Numbered from the stretch's first letter, positions 48,196-58,965 are shown. The stretch is 64,000 nt of DNA from Bacteroidaceae bacterium (GCA_017428785.1 JAFRQD010000048.1:56358-120357); one strand, 5' to 3'. Program-made: numbers and translations. The notes: generated by a model from the sequence alone, not told the origin.

Positions 48196-50817
48196 CTATT
48201 TCTTTATAGTATATGTGCCGGCTGTGTATTCCTTCGCAGTCGTCTCGCCAGGGAGGGTGACGGTGGCTGTGGTGCCTTTGGGGATGGTGAAGGTCCATGT
48301 CCATTGGTCGCCCTTATACCGCCATTCGCTCTTGATTGTGCCGGCTGCAGACTTGTACTCCGCCTTGAGATGTCCCAGGCGCTTGTCGGGAACGGGCTTC
48401 ATGATGATGTGCTTGAAGCCAGGCTGCGTCGGGTCGGCAGCTATGCCGGCTGCGGTTTCCCAAAGCCATTCGCAGACGCATCCGTAAGCATAATGGTTGA
48501 AGCTGTTCATGCCGCGCGGGCCCATGCCCTTGTCCACGGTGTACGAGTTCCAACGCTCCCAGATGGTGGTTGCGCCGTTATCGACGGAGTAGAGCCACGA
48601 CGGGTTCTTGTGCTGGAAGAGGAGCTCGTAGGCGATGTCCTGCATGCCGTTCTCGGTAAGGGTCTGCATGAGGATAGATGTGCCAAGGAATCCTGTCTGC
48701 AGACAGTTGTCGTGTTCCTCGAAGTTCTTGCGGAGGCGGGCAATCATGGCGTCCTTCGCAGCCCCCTGAAGCAGGTTGTTCTTGAGGGCGAAGAGTGCCG
48801 GCGTCTGCATCGTGTTGAGGATGTCGAGTTTGAACGTGCCGTCGGCATTGAGGAACTTATCAAGGATATAGGCTTTTGCTTCGGCCAGCATCTTGTCATA
48901 ATAAGCGGCGTCGCGGCCTGTGGCACGAGCCATGTCGGCCATCATGCCTGCGTCTATTGCCCAATACGACGCGCTGAGGTAGTTCCAATACACTATCGTC
49001 TCGGGCTTCGGCTGACCGTTCTCGTGGCTCCGACCGCTGCAACTCTCCAGGGGTTCATAGCTCAGCCAGTCCGCCCACTGGTAGTTGCCGTTCTCGCCCG
49101 TCATGACGGTATGCTCGTACTTCGTCTCGTAGATGTGTTCCATGAAGAGGTCCATCGCCTCCCAGTTCTCGTCGACAATGTCTTTGTCGCCAAACTGCTT
49201 CCACACCGTCCAAGGCACAATGATGCCGGCATCAGCCCAGCCCAGCCTCATCATGTCGCCGTTGCCCTTGCCATCGCCTGCCCCATATTGTGCGAGAGGC
49301 GCGACGCCCGGGAAGGCGCCCGTCGGCGACTGCGTGTCTCTCATGTCCCGCATCCACTTATGGAAGAAGCGGTCTGTGTTGGCGAAGAACGTTCCAGTCT
49401 CCGTGAAGACCTGCGTGTCGGCCGTCCAACCCAGGCGTTCGTTGCGCTGCGGACAGTCCGTCGTGACCGAGAGATAGTTGGAGCGTTGGCCCCAGACCGT
49501 ATTGGAGATGAGCTTGTTGATGTCGTCGTTGCCCGTCGTGATAGTGCCTGTCTCCATTTCCTTCGTGATGGAAGAGACGGGGACGGACTTTATGCGACGG
49601 ATTGTGACCTCGTCCGTAGCGGTTATCGACACGTAGCGATAGCCGAAGAAGGTGCTGCGAGGAACGAACGACCGATAGCCTTTCAGGGCGTCGAATGTGT
49701 AGCGGAGTATCATGCCGGTGTCGGGGATGCGGAGGTTGAGGCGGTGCGTGCTGCCTTCCGGCCCGTCCATGCCGCGGCTCTTTGCGCCATTTCCGTCGTT
49801 CAATAACTCGCTCGGGAGGCAAGTCAGCACGGTGCCTTCCTTCGCTTTGAACTCGAAGGCGGGAACTGCGGAAGCGTTCTGACCGAAATCCACCACAAGT
49901 GTCTCGCCCGGACGAACCGTCATGGGCTTGCCCGGAGCGAACTCCTCGACGATGTTGACCTTGCCGAACTGGTCGTCGGTTGCGCCTGTCGTACCTTTCC
50001 AAGCGTAGGCCTTGACGGGAGACAACGCGAGGTCCCAACGATGATAAATCTCTGCGCCATCGGTCGGCCACACCTTTCCCTGGAATTCCTCATTGAGTTC
50101 CGGCTCGCTGAACAAGGCATCGAAATACATATCTCCGCGCTTATGTTCGTCATAGTCCTCGCCGTCGAAGATGGCGGCGTGTGTGACGGGACCTGCCACG
50201 CCTGCCTTCCAGTCCTTCAGGTTCGTGGGGAAATGCTCCTCGCTGCCGTCGTCGTAGGTCAACGAAAGCACGCCCCTGAAGGCGACCTTCTTGCCGATCA
50301 TGCCGTCGTGACCGCCGGGAGTGATGATCTTGTCAGCCCACCAGCCCGGCACAACCTGCACAGCCAGCCAGTTCTCCAGTCCCGCGCCTTTCCAGAAGGC
50401 CTTCGTGATGTCGTAAGTAAAGCTGTACTTCGTCTTCTCGAAGTGCGTGAAGCCGGGCTTCAAGACCTCGTTGCCGACAAGATTTCCATTGATGTAAAGC
50501 TCGTAGGTGCCCAAGGCGGTGGTCTTCCAGATGGCCCTCTTCACCTTCTTCGCATTGCGGGGATGGCTGAAGAACCAGCTTGCGCCGTCGGCCGCCCGCG
50601 TACCATCGACCACTTTTCCCGTGACCACCTGCGCATCCTTGGCGCTTATCCAGGCCGATTCGTTCCATGGCCCCACCAAATGATAGTCGATAAGTTTGCC
50701 GACTGTCTGTTGCGCGTTGCAAGCCAAAGCACTAAGCATCAGAAAAAACGCAAAGAGAGACCCTCTCTGACTCCCCCTTAAAAGGGGAGAAAAAACGTTA
50801 GATTCTTGGATTCTCAT
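48196..50817 (-). CDS. Alpha-L-rhamnosidase (GH78)
   Basis: TDCPQRNERLGWTADTQVF and WADAGIIVPW are canonical GH78 six-hairpin domain motifs. It is 873 aa with a signal peptide. Confidence 0.8.
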   Translation of the reverse strand: MRIQESNVFSPLLRGSQRGSLFAFFLMLSALACNAQQTVGKLIDYHLVGPWNESAWISAKDAQVVTGKVVDGTRAADGASWFFSHPRNAKKVKRAIWKTTALGTYELYINGNLVGNEVLKPGFTHFEKTKYSFTYDITKAFWKGAGLENWLAVQVVPGWWADKIITPGGHDGMIGKKVAFRGVLSLTYDDGSEEHFPTNLKDWKAGVAGPVTHAAIFDGEDYDEHKRGDMYFDALFSEPELNEEFQGKVWPTDGAEIYHRWDLALSPVKAYAWKGTTGATDDQFGKVNIVEEFAPGKPMTVRPGETLVVDFGQNASAVPAFEFKAKEGTVLTCLPSELLNDGNGAKSRGMDGPEGSTHRLNLRIPDTGMILRYTFDALKGYRSFVPRSTFFGYRYVSITATDEVTIRRIKSVPVSSITKEMETGTITTGNDDINKLISNTVWGQRSNYLSVTTDCPQRNERLGWTADTQVFTETGTFFANTDRFFHKWMRDMRDTQSPTGAFPGVAPLAQYGAGDGKGNGDMMRLGWADAGIIVPWTVWKQFGDKDIVDENWEAMDLFMEHIYETKYEHTVMTGENGNYQWADWLSYEPLESCSGRSHENGQPKPETIVYWNYLSASYWAIDAGMMADMARATGRDAAYYDKMLAEAKAYILDKFLNADGTFKLDILNTMQTPALFALKNNLLQGAAKDAMIARLRKNFEEHDNCLQTGFLGTSILMQTLTENGMQDIAYELLFQHKNPSWLYSVDNGATTIWERWNSYTVDKGMGPRGMNSFNHYAYGCVCEWLWETAAGIAADPTQPGFKHIIMKPVPDKRLGHLKAEYKSAAGTIKSEWRYKGDQWTWTFTIPKGTTATVTLPGETTAKEYTAGTYTIKK

Positions 50818-50915
50818 AGTTTTATGTTTTGATAGTTATTTAGTTTAATCTTTCTTCTCCTCTTGTTGAACCCGCACTTGGTTCTCGCCCTTTAAGGGAG
50901 AGTTAGAGAGGGTCC
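50754..50915. repeat. Inverted pair of GGGGAG/CTCCCC-type hairpin elements straddling a gene junction
   Basis: gaccctctc (50760-50768) is the reverse complement of gagagggtc (50906-50914). Each arm also has a local palindrome (tcccccttaaaagggga / cgccctttaagggag). The arms translate as SPLLRGSQRG (GH78 N-terminus) and SPLKGENQ (upstream gene C-terminus). Confidence 0.8.
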
Positions 50916-51375
50916 ACTCCGCGAAGACACGCGCCGCGCTCTCCACCTTGCGGGCACAGGGCCTGACGCGATAGTACTCGGCGTTTCTTTCGTCGGGCTG
51001 CGATGTGTTGGTCTCTGCCTTGACGCCGTTCATCTGCAACAGCTCGGCACAAATGATGCTGCCGTTTCTTTGGCGGAATGTCTCGAGGAACTGGCGCACG
51101 AGCTGATAGCAGGCGGCCTTTCCCTCACGGTCCTCGCCCCGAGTCTGGCCGCTTTCCAAGCCCGCGAGAATCACGAGAGCCGAGCACGTGCCGCACATCA
51201 TCCGCATCCGTCCCACGCCGCCTCCGAAGCCGGCACTAATCCTGAGCGCCATCTCCTCGTCCAGTCCGTAGAGGTCCGAAAAGGCACAAACGACACTCTG
51301 GCAGCAGCCGTAGCCCTGCATAAACAGCTCCACAGCCCTTTGTATGCGGCTATCCAAGTCAATTTCCTGAGTCAT
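50845..51375 (-). CDS. C_GCAxxG_C_C family protein
   Basis: MQGYGCCQSVVCAF and MMCGTCSALV fit the family's Cys pattern. The start is taken at MTQEIDL. Confidence 0.6.
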   Translation of the reverse strand: MTQEIDLDSRIQRAVELFMQGYGCCQSVVCAFSDLYGLDEEMALRISAGFGGGVGRMRMMCGTCSALVILAGLESGQTRGEDREGKAACYQLVRQFLETFRQRNGSIICAELLQMNGVKAETNTSQPDERNAEYYRVRPCARKVESAARVFAEWTLSNSPLKGENQVRVQQEEKKD

Positions 51376-51379
51376 ATTG

Positions 51380-51445
51380 TTTGCATTTACATGTATGTGC
51401 AATTGCATTTACATGTACGTGCAATTGCATCTACATGTATGTGCA
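51380..51445. repeat. Three tandem 22-bp units TTGCATTTACATGTA(T/C)GTGCAA
   Basis: The units at 51380-51401, 51402-51423 and 51424-51445 are nearly identical. Each contains the ACATGT palindrome flanked by TGCA. Confidence 0.9.
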
Positions 51446-51504
51446 ATGAACTTAACGTGCGATGTTTTATGTTTCGATATACGGAGTTTAGTATTTCGAT
51501 GTGT

Positions 51505-54126
51505 TTAGTTGCCTCCCTTCACCAGTTTCTTTATGTCGTTCAGCTTGCTGAGTGCCTCGAAGGGAGTGAGGTTGTTGATGTCCAGGCCGAGTATCTCGTC
51601 GCGAATCTGGCAGAGGACCGGGTCGTCGAGCTGAAAGAAGTTGAGCTGCACGCCGCTGTCTCTTGCCCCTTGCTCCTTGCTCCTTGCCCCCAGGTTCTGG
51701 TGGTTGACGGCTCCCTCGAGCTCCTTCAGGATGACGTTCGCCCTGGCGACAATGGCTCTGGGCATGCCTGCGAGCTTCGCCACATGTATGCCAAAGCTGT
51801 GCTCCGACCCGCCGCGTTCCAGCTTTCGAAGGAAGATAACCTTCCCGTCGACCTCCTTCACGCTCACATTAAAGTTCTTGATGCGGGCGAAGTTGCGTTC
51901 CATCTCGTTCAGTTCGTGATAGTGCGTGGCAAAGAGCGTGCGGGCGTGACCGCGATTATTCTCGTGGATGTACTCCACGATGGCCCATGCAATCGAGATG
52001 CCATCGTAGGTGCTCGTGCCTCTGCCCAGTTCGTCGAAGAGCACCAGACTGCGTTCCGAGAGGTTGTTCAGGATGCCTGCCGCCTCGTTCATCTCAACCA
52101 TGAAGGTACTCTCGCCGATGCTGATGTTGTCGCTCGCCCCGACACGCGTGAAGATCTTGTCAACATAACCGATGCGCGCACTCTCCGCCGGCACGAAACT
52201 TCCCATTTGAGCGAGAAGCGTGATGAGTGCCGTCTGACGGAGCAAAGCGCTCTTACCCGCCATGTTCGGGCCGGTGATGATGATGATTTGCTGTGTCTGG
52301 GTATCGAGGAAGACGTCGTTGGCGATGTATCGTTCCCCGATGGGGAGCTGCTTTTCGATAACCGGATGGCGTCCTCCATGTATGTCTATCACGTCGCTGT
52401 CATCGACGAGTGGGCGAATGTAGCGATTCTCCTCTGCGCTCTGGGCGAAGGAAAGGAGGCAGTCGAGCTGGGCGAGCAGCGTGGCGTCCTTCTGTATGGG
52501 AGCAACATACGCTGCCAAAGCCGTGATGAGACGGTCGAAGAGTTGTGCCTCGAGGCTGAGGATGCGTTCCTCTGCACCCATGATCTTGTCCTCGTACTCC
52601 TTGAGTTCCTGGGTGATGTAACGCTCGGCTTGGGTCAATGTCTGCTTGCGAATCCAGTCGGCAGGCACTTGGTCCTTGTATGTGTTGCGCACCTCGAGGT
52701 AGTAGCCAAACACGTTGTTGTAGCCAATCTTAAGGCTTTGGATGCCGGTCGCCTCTATCTCCCTTTGCTGCATCTCCAGCAAGTAGCCCTTGCCTTGATA
52801 GGCTATTTTGCGCAACTCGTCGAGCTCCGCATCCACACCATCCATGATGACACCACCGTTCGCAACGAGCAGGGGGCAGTCGGGACGCACTTCGCGAGCT
52901 ATCCTGTCGCGTATCTCGGCACAGAGTTCGAGCTGCTCTCCTATCTCGCGAAGCGTGCCGTCTTCGGCTCCGCAGCAGGTCGTCTTTATCGATTCAACTG
53001 CCTGCAAAGCCACTCGAAGCTGCACGATGTCCCTGGGCGAGACACGCCTCGCACTCACCTTCGAAATGATGCGCTCGAGGTCGCCTACTGTCTGGAGCGG
53101 CTCCAAGACAGCCTCTCTCGTGTCGGGATTGCGGAAGAAACTCTCCACAACGTCTTGCCTTTTGCTTATCTGGGCAGGGTCTTTCAGGGGGAAGAGCATC
53201 CAGCGATGCAGCATGCGGGCTCCCATCGGAGTGACCGTCTTGTCGATGACGTCGAGGAGCGATATGCCGCCCTCGTTCATGCTGGCTATCAGCTCGAGGT
53301 TCCTGACCGTGAACTTGTCGAGCCGCACGAAGCGGTCTTCCTCGATGCGGCGAAGAGAAGTGATGTGGCCGAGCTGCTGGTGCTGCGTCATCTCCATGTA
53401 TTGCAGGATGACGCCTGCCGCTATGACGCCGCTTTGCAGGTGCTCCACGCCGAATCCCTTCAGGTTCTTCACCTCGAAATGGCGCAGGAGCTTCTGCTTC
53501 GCCGACTGCTCCGAGAAAGCCCAGTCATCGAGTTCAAAGGTGACATAGCGTGTGCCGAAGCATCCCTCGAACATCGCTCTCCGCCCTCGCTCGTAGAGGA
53601 CTTCCTTCGGAGCAAAGGAGGCCATGAGCTTGTCGATGTAGTCCGTCGTGCCTTCCGTCACGAGGAACTCGCCGGTACTGATGTCGAGGAGAGACATTCC
53701 GCAAGCCTGCTTGCCGAAGTTTATGGCGCAGAGGAAGTTGTTCTCCTTGTGGTTGAGCACCGTGTCTGCCATCGTCACACCAGGCGTCACCAGCTCCGTG
53801 ATGCCTCGCTTGACGAGCGTCTTCGTCATCTTCGGGTCTTCGAGCTGGTCGCAGATGGCAACCCTCTTGCCTGCCCTGACGAGCTTCGGCAGGTATGTGT
53901 CGAGGGCATGATAGGGGAAGCCTGCCATCGCGGTGCTTTGCGCAGCAGGATTCTTGCCATTGCTTCGGCGGGTAAGCGTGATGCCGAGTATCTCCGCAGC
54001 AATCACCGCATCGTCGGCATACGTCTCGTAGAAGTCGCCACAACGGAACAAGAGCAACGCCTCGGGGTGTTTCGCCTTGAGGTCGTAGAACTGCTTCATC
54101 ATCGGTGTCAACGCTTCCTGTGCCAT
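51505..54126 (-). CDS. mutS: DNA mismatch repair protein MutS
   Basis: [28 protein letters not shown], Walker [14 protein letters not shown], and [12 protein letters not shown]. Confidence 0.95.
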   Translation of the reverse strand: MAQEALTPMMKQFYDLKAKHPEALLLFRCGDFYETYADDAVIAAEILGITLTRRSNGKNPAAQSTAMAGFPYHALDTYLPKLVRAGKRVAICDQLEDPKMTKTLVKRGITELVTPGVTMADTVLNHKENNFLCAINFGKQACGMSLLDISTGEFLVTEGTTDYIDKLMASFAPKEVLYERGRRAMFEGCFGTRYVTFELDDWAFSEQSAKQKLLRHFEVKNLKGFGVEHLQSGVIAAGVILQYMEMTQHQQLGHITSLRRIEEDRFVRLDKFTVRNLELIASMNEGGISLLDVIDKTVTPMGARMLHRWMLFPLKDPAQISKRQDVVESFFRNPDTREAVLEPLQTVGDLERIISKVSARRVSPRDIVQLRVALQAVESIKTTCCGAEDGTLREIGEQLELCAEIRDRIAREVRPDCPLLVANGGVIMDGVDAELDELRKIAYQGKGYLLEMQQREIEATGIQSLKIGYNNVFGYYLEVRNTYKDQVPADWIRKQTLTQAERYITQELKEYEDKIMGAEERILSLEAQLFDRLITALAAYVAPIQKDATLLAQLDCLLSFAQSAEENRYIRPLVDDSDVIDIHGGRHPVIEKQLPIGERYIANDVFLDTQTQQIIIITGPNMAGKSALLRQTALITLLAQMGSFVPAESARIGYVDKIFTRVGASDNISIGESTFMVEMNEAAGILNNLSERSLVLFDELGRGTSTYDGISIAWAIVEYIHENNRGHARTLFATHYHELNEMERNFARIKNFNVSVKEVDGKVIFLRKLERGGSEHSFGIHVAKLAGMPRAIVARANVILKELEGAVNHQNLGARSKEQGARDSGVQLNFFQLDDPVLCQIRDEILGLDINNLTPFEALSKLNDIKKLVKGGN

Positions 54127-54131
54127 AATGC

Positions 54132-54932
54132 TTAGTCTTTTATCTTGATGTTATCGATGGCGAAGGACGAAGTGCCGCTCATCTCGACATCGGCAACGAT
54201 GGTCGGCATCACGTCGTAGTTGAGCACAAGGCCCGTGATGTATTTCAAGCCAGGCGTACAAAGCACACGGACTGTCTCGCCGGAGAGGTCGTAGCTTAAC
54301 TGCTCGCCAATCCATACGGGCTCTTCACCGAAGCCGCCCATATCGCTGACGGTATCGGTGACGCAGCACAGCAGGCGCTTCTCGTCGTAGAACGAGATGC
54401 TTTGTCCTTCGATGCTATAGCCAAGCCTTTGGAGCAAAGCCTGCTGCATGTCGTATGGATTGATGCTTTGCACGATGTTGGCAGAGCCGTCGTCGTTTAC
54501 ATGAAGCTGATACAGGCGCTGCACGAAGATGCCTGTTCCCTCCATTTCTCCGCAAGCGAGCCACAAGGTCTGTGTCTCTGCATCGTATCGCGCTGACGGA
54601 TTATTGCCGTGACGAATGTCGGGGAAAGATGTTGTCTGACCGTCTTTTACAACCACCACGCCCATGCCTTCCGAGGACCGTTCTTCGCTGAGACGCATCA
54701 GACTCCAGACTTCGATGTTTTCCTTCGTGTCTTCGAACGTCTTCTCATATCGTTCGTCAAGTTCTACGTAAGCCATCGCCTCACGTACTTCTGTCGAAGC
54801 CGGCTCAAGTCCGAATGCCTCCTCGATAGTGCCCGAAACAGGTTTCACCTCGATGTCTTTGCCCTGACAAGCTATCATGATGCCGCACACAACCAGTGCC
54901 GCAACCATCCACAAACTGCCGTTCCTTATCAT
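54132..54932 (-). CDS. Hypothetical lipoprotein
   Basis: It has the signal/lipobox GIMIAC. I recognise no family. It is 5 nt upstream of mutS, so it is probably co-transcribed. Confidence 0.45.
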   Translation of the reverse strand: MIRNGSLWMVAALVVCGIMIACQGKDIEVKPVSGTIEEAFGLEPASTEVREAMAYVELDERYEKTFEDTKENIEVWSLMRLSEERSSEGMGVVVVKDGQTTSFPDIRHGNNPSARYDAETQTLWLACGEMEGTGIFVQRLYQLHVNDDGSANIVQSINPYDMQQALLQRLGYSIEGQSISFYDEKRLLCCVTDTVSDMGGFGEEPVWIGEQLSYDLSGETVRVLCTPGLKYITGLVLNYDVMPTIVADVEMSGTSSFAIDNIKIKD

Positions 54933-55015
54933 CCTTCTCTATACATTATATATTATAATATGTCATCTGACCCTGCAAAGATAACGATTATTTCTGGAAT
55001 GGCAAAGTGTTTGGG

Positions 55016-55058
55016 CAGAAAAAGCGCTGAGGCAAGCGAACTATGTCGCTTGCCTCAG
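55016..55058 (-). terminator. Intrinsic terminator after small peptide D
   Basis: On the minus strand: ctgaggcaagcga-loop-tcgcttgcctcag followed by gcttttt. Confidence 0.7.
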
Positions 55059-55104
55059 TGAATATTATAGCTTATTTCCCTTTAATGAAGATTAGGGAAA
55101 GGCT

Positions 55105-55275
55105 TTACCATTCCTCGTCCCAGAGGTTGACGTTCTTGTTTTCCTTTGTCAGGATGTCGCCTTCGTCATCAATTATGTCATCACTGCTGTCAACAATAGG
55201 CAACGACTCTGCCATCATGTGCATTGTGCCGAGCGCAACAACAAAGCAGGTCGGCTGATTATAAAACTTCTTCAT
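55105..55275 (-). CDS. Small acidic peptide D (56 aa), same family
   Basis: My own translation reads MKKFYNQPTCFVVALGTMHMMAESLPIVDSSDDIIDDEGDILTKENKNVNLWDEEW. Its ATG shares one base with the TAA of cargo D (TAATG). It is below the ORF-track cutoff. Confidence 0.6.
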   Translation of the reverse strand: MKKFYNQPTCFVVALGTMHMMAESLPIVDSSDDIIDDEGDILTKENKNVNLWDEEW

Positions 55276-58200
55276 TAGTATAAAACTTTTTTGCCGTTTA
55301 TAATGCTAATTCCCTTCTGAGCCTTGCCCATGCGCTGACCGGCGAGGTTGAAGATAGAGCCATTGACCATTGAAGATTGACCTTCTACCATTTCAATAGC
55401 TGTTGCTTCGTCTTCCTCGAAGCCATAGAAGCTCTTCACGCCGGCACTAATTACGAGATAAGCCTTGCCAGCGGGAATAACAATCTCTTCTTTAACTCTA
55501 TAGAAGCCTACTGCGCCGTTCTTCGCTGCGAGGCAATACTGTGTGCCGTTGGCTGTGACAGCTTCTGTTGCAGCAATGAGTTCGTTGTCGGCAACTGCCG
55601 CTGCATACTCTACAGCGTATGGGAAGTTGTATGTGCCTGCATTTGCCTTAACAACAACTGCTTCGCCTTCAGGGATAGAGCCAGTGATAGGTTCGAGGTG
55701 AACACTGTTGCCGTTAACCTGAGCGGCAAAGACTTCTACGCCTTCTGGAATATCAAGGTCGGCTTCGGCAACGAATGTAGCATAACCAGCATCTGAGACA
55801 GTCACAGCTTGTGTGGGAGTTTCCCCTTCCATCCATACAAGTACAGGATACTCGCCAACCTTAATAAACTTCCAGTCGTTCGTCATATCCCAACCCATTG
55901 TTGTCGCGTAGAAGCTCTTGCACTGCATGTCTTCATCGGTAGCGGTCTTGCCTTGATAGCCATTGAGATTATCGAACTCCATTGTCATGCCGGCTTTCAA
56001 CTCTGCAGAAGCATCGTTATGGGTTGACTTAAAGATTGTGGAAGCTGCAACATAGTTGTTCCCGTATGTGGAGTTCGTATGTTGAGCCACAAGCGGAGTG
56101 ATTGTTGTCTTCGCTGTTGTAAGCATTGTGGCTGCCATGATGTTATTCTGTATGGTTGTTGCATTGTCTTTTTCGATAAGAGAGATAAAGCCTCCGACAT
56201 TGCCTGCACCATTACCACACCTTACCGAGCCAAGGAACAAACTCTTCTCGAGAGTAAGTCCACTGGATGTTCCGACGAATCCACCGGCCTGATAAACTGT
56301 GGAATAAACTTCTGCATCTGTGATGCAATTGGAAATAACGCAAGTCCCTTCTGTATTGCCCACGAATGCACCTACATGGTCAAAGCCTTCTACTTTAGAG
56401 CCATTCATAATGGCAACACGGTTGAAGGTTGTGTTCTTTGCATTACCGACGATAATGCCGACATTCTGGGTGCCATTGACCTTCACGTTTGCTTTATCGA
56501 ATCCGAGGTCGTGGATGTTTGCGCCATTGGTCAAGCCAAAGAGACCGGTGTTCTTCTTGACAACATTAATATATAGATTCTTAAGCCAGTGACCGCCACC
56601 GTCGAACTCGCCGCTGAAGGGAACAATGTGGTCGTTTGCTTCTTCGCCATTGCCAAAGCCGGCAAAGCCCGCAAGGTCAACATCCTGTGTCAGACGAATA
56701 TTGACGGTTGCACCGCCTTGAATCATAGCTTTCAGCCAATTAAACTGTGCCACAGTTGTCGGCTCATAGAAGCCATTGTTCAAGGCCATGAAGTTGGGGT
56801 TAGGCTGATTACATACTGTGCAGATGCCATTTGCATCGTATGTATGATTACCTGTAGCAGGCTCAACGCCTGTCAACCTTGTAACGCCGCAAACGGAGCA
56901 TTGCTGTTCGCCGCCACCGTCAGCAACACAGGTCGGTGCCACATAAGTGGTGTTCACCCAAGTATGGTTCTGACAAGCACCAACAACATGGAACTCGCCT
57001 ATCTGCTGATAGCCGTTTCCTTTCATTGAAGTCAATGTCAGTCTGATATACTTGAAGGCATCGCTGACATTGGAGGGCTTAAATTCGAATGTCTTGTAGT
57101 TAAGGTTGTCAATGGGGTCACCGCCTGTTACCTCGTCAATGGTAGTCCAGGTGCTGTTATCATCGGAACCTTCTATACGCCACTCTTTGGGAGCACGGTT
57201 GGTATAAGAACCGTCATCATGGGTTGTGAACGAATAGCTCTTTACCGAATGAGGTGTATCATCGTCAGTCTTGATGGTAAGAGTTTTACCGGCAAGGGCA
57301 TCACCGCCACTGCCTCCCCACTTGCCATTCAAAGTCCAGTCAACAGCTTTTCTGGAATTCTGGTCTGCGTCTGCACCACGAGTATCTGTTGATTCTAACC
57401 AACTATAGGTTACAACGGGATTCTTGTCGTAGCAGAAATTGAATTTCGTCAATTGAATGAAACCACCATCATCAAGGGTTACCTTGAAGTACTTATAAGC
57501 GGTGCCCACGGTGCTCTTGTCGCAGAAGAAGCGTTGCGTGTAATTGTTCTTTTGCTGTACAAAGCCACCAAGACTGGAGAGTTGTACCCAGGATGAAGAA
57601 TTGGCATCGTTTTTAGCGTTCTCATCATTGCTTCCATAAAGTGACCACTTTGACACGCAACGGCCATACTGCTCATTGTCGTTGGCAGTTGTCATCTCAT
57701 AGCCCCACATATATACAGCCTGAGAGGCTTCGACGATAGCATAGCAGTCTTCGGCACCAGCTACATTGCTTGCGTTGCCGCAGTACTTGGTTGTAAGGCA
57801 ATCGTCGAAGAGGTTGTTCATGCCTTCGTTCGTATTATTGGTGTTGCTGTGTCCCGTTATATATGTAAAATCCACTTTATCCAAAGGATAAGTGGCATCC
57901 GTGAAGCTGAACCCATCCATCTGGCAGTATTCATTCCACCCTCCGGCAAGTTCCTTCACTTCAATCTTATAATAGTTATAGAAGTTATTGGCGTCAGAAT
58001 TGGAAAGAGTTAAGGAAGCTTCTGCGAATTGACCTGTAGGCAAGTCCTCGTCTTTGGAATCAATCAAGACCCAGCCGGCAGCGTTGCGAGTGGCATCTGC
58101 TTCACTGCTGAAGTTTCCTGCATAAATCTCCCACTTCTTCCAGTTGCGCCCTGTAAAAGTATGCGTGTCACCTGCAATTACCAATTTATACGAGGTAGCT

Positions 58201-58406
58201 TTGATTGGGAGAGAAGTCTTGAAGACAACATAGGGGTCATCATCGTAGGTTCCCCACTTTGTGTCTGTCTTGCCGTCGAACAACTTGGCAGGTCCTTCAC
58301 CCGCATCCCAGTTTGAACCGCTCAATGCTGTATATACGATGGCATTGGCATTCTGTACGATCAGCAACATGAGTGCTGTTGCGAATAAGGTTAACAGTTT
58401 CTTCAT
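55275..58406 (-). CDS. T9SS cargo protein D: F5/8-type-C (discoidin)-like domains, GLUG-motif region, shared pre-CTD module and CTD
   Basis: The start at MKKLLTLFATALMLLIVQNANA gives a signal peptide. AKLFDGKTDTKWG is discoidin-like. GLUG-like repeats are present (VGAFVGN, AGGFVGT, VGGFISL). The C-terminal module DAGYATFVAEADLDIPEGVEVF...GSIFNLAGQRMGKAQKGISIINGKKVLY follows. Confidence 0.7.
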   Translation of the reverse strand: MKKLLTLFATALMLLIVQNANAIVYTALSGSNWDAGEGPAKLFDGKTDTKWGTYDDDPYVVFKTSLPIKATSYKLVIAGDTHTFTGRNWKKWEIYAGNFSSEADATRNAAGWVLIDSKDEDLPTGQFAEASLTLSNSDANNFYNYYKIEVKELAGGWNEYCQMDGFSFTDATYPLDKVDFTYITGHSNTNNTNEGMNNLFDDCLTTKYCGNASNVAGAEDCYAIVEASQAVYMWGYEMTTANDNEQYGRCVSKWSLYGSNDENAKNDANSSSWVQLSSLGGFVQQKNNYTQRFFCDKSTVGTAYKYFKVTLDDGGFIQLTKFNFCYDKNPVVTYSWLESTDTRGADADQNSRKAVDWTLNGKWGGSGGDALAGKTLTIKTDDDTPHSVKSYSFTTHDDGSYTNRAPKEWRIEGSDDNSTWTTIDEVTGGDPIDNLNYKTFEFKPSNVSDAFKYIRLTLTSMKGNGYQQIGEFHVVGACQNHTWVNTTYVAPTCVADGGGEQQCSVCGVTRLTGVEPATGNHTYDANGICTVCNQPNPNFMALNNGFYEPTTVAQFNWLKAMIQGGATVNIRLTQDVDLAGFAGFGNGEEANDHIVPFSGEFDGGGHWLKNLYINVVKKNTGLFGLTNGANIHDLGFDKANVKVNGTQNVGIIVGNAKNTTFNRVAIMNGSKVEGFDHVGAFVGNTEGTCVISNCITDAEVYSTVYQAGGFVGTSSGLTLEKSLFLGSVRCGNGAGNVGGFISLIEKDNATTIQNNIMAATMLTTAKTTITPLVAQHTNSTYGNNYVAASTIFKSTHNDASAELKAGMTMEFDNLNGYQGKTATDEDMQCKSFYATTMGWDMTNDWKFIKVGEYPVLVWMEGETPTQAVTVSDAGYATFVAEADLDIPEGVEVFAAQVNGNSVHLEPITGSIPEGEAVVVKANAGTYNFPYAVEYAAAVADNELIAATEAVTANGTQYCLAAKNGAVGFYRVKEEIVIPAGKAYLVISAGVKSFYGFEEDEATAIEMVEGQSSMVNGSIFNLAGQRMGKAQKGISIINGKKVLY

Positions 58407-58491
58407 TTGTTTTTTGTTATTGATTTGCTTATTGTTAATAATAATAATCTTTTTTCTTGTTGTGTGCGGGTTTTTGCACACAGAACTTCCG

Positions 58492-58499
58492 CAAATATA
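58492..58499 (-). promoter_or_regulatory. -7 box TATATTTG for cargo D
   Basis: The plus strand reads caaatata, ~86 nt upstream of the ATG at 58406. Confidence 0.5.
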
Positions 58500-58865
58500 T
58501 AGTTTTTTATGGAAATTACCTACCAGCACCATTGTTAAAAAATGTCAAATGCATCAAAATATATTGTTTGGCGTTTTTAAGATTGGGGAAACCAAGTGAC
58601 TGATAACATGAGATGACAAGCACTTTTGTAAAGATTTTTCTCTTGCGGATGCGTTTTAAGCGCGTTTTTTGACAGTCGTGGCACTTTTCATCACCCGAGG
58701 CGAGAAGTGGGCTCAAAACGCATGCCTATTGACAATCAATTGGTTACAAAGCATCATCTCAAGACAAAATATCATAAAGGTATCAGAATCCTTCGAGGTG
58801 CTGGCAAACGAAGTAAAGTTTTAGGTGAAATTTGACGGAAAAAGACACTCAACGCAACAGGCGGG

Positions 58866-58965
58866 AAATGCAAACTCCGCATGCGGCGTTGGTCATCACA
58901 GCACGCGGCGTTGGTCATCACAGCACGCGGCGTTGGAAAAGGCGGCACGCGACACAGGCAAATGC
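58866..58965. repeat. 22-bp-period array GCACGCGGCGTTGGTCATCACA
   Basis: gcacgcggcgttggtcatcaca is repeated, with degenerate flanking units. Confidence 0.85.
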
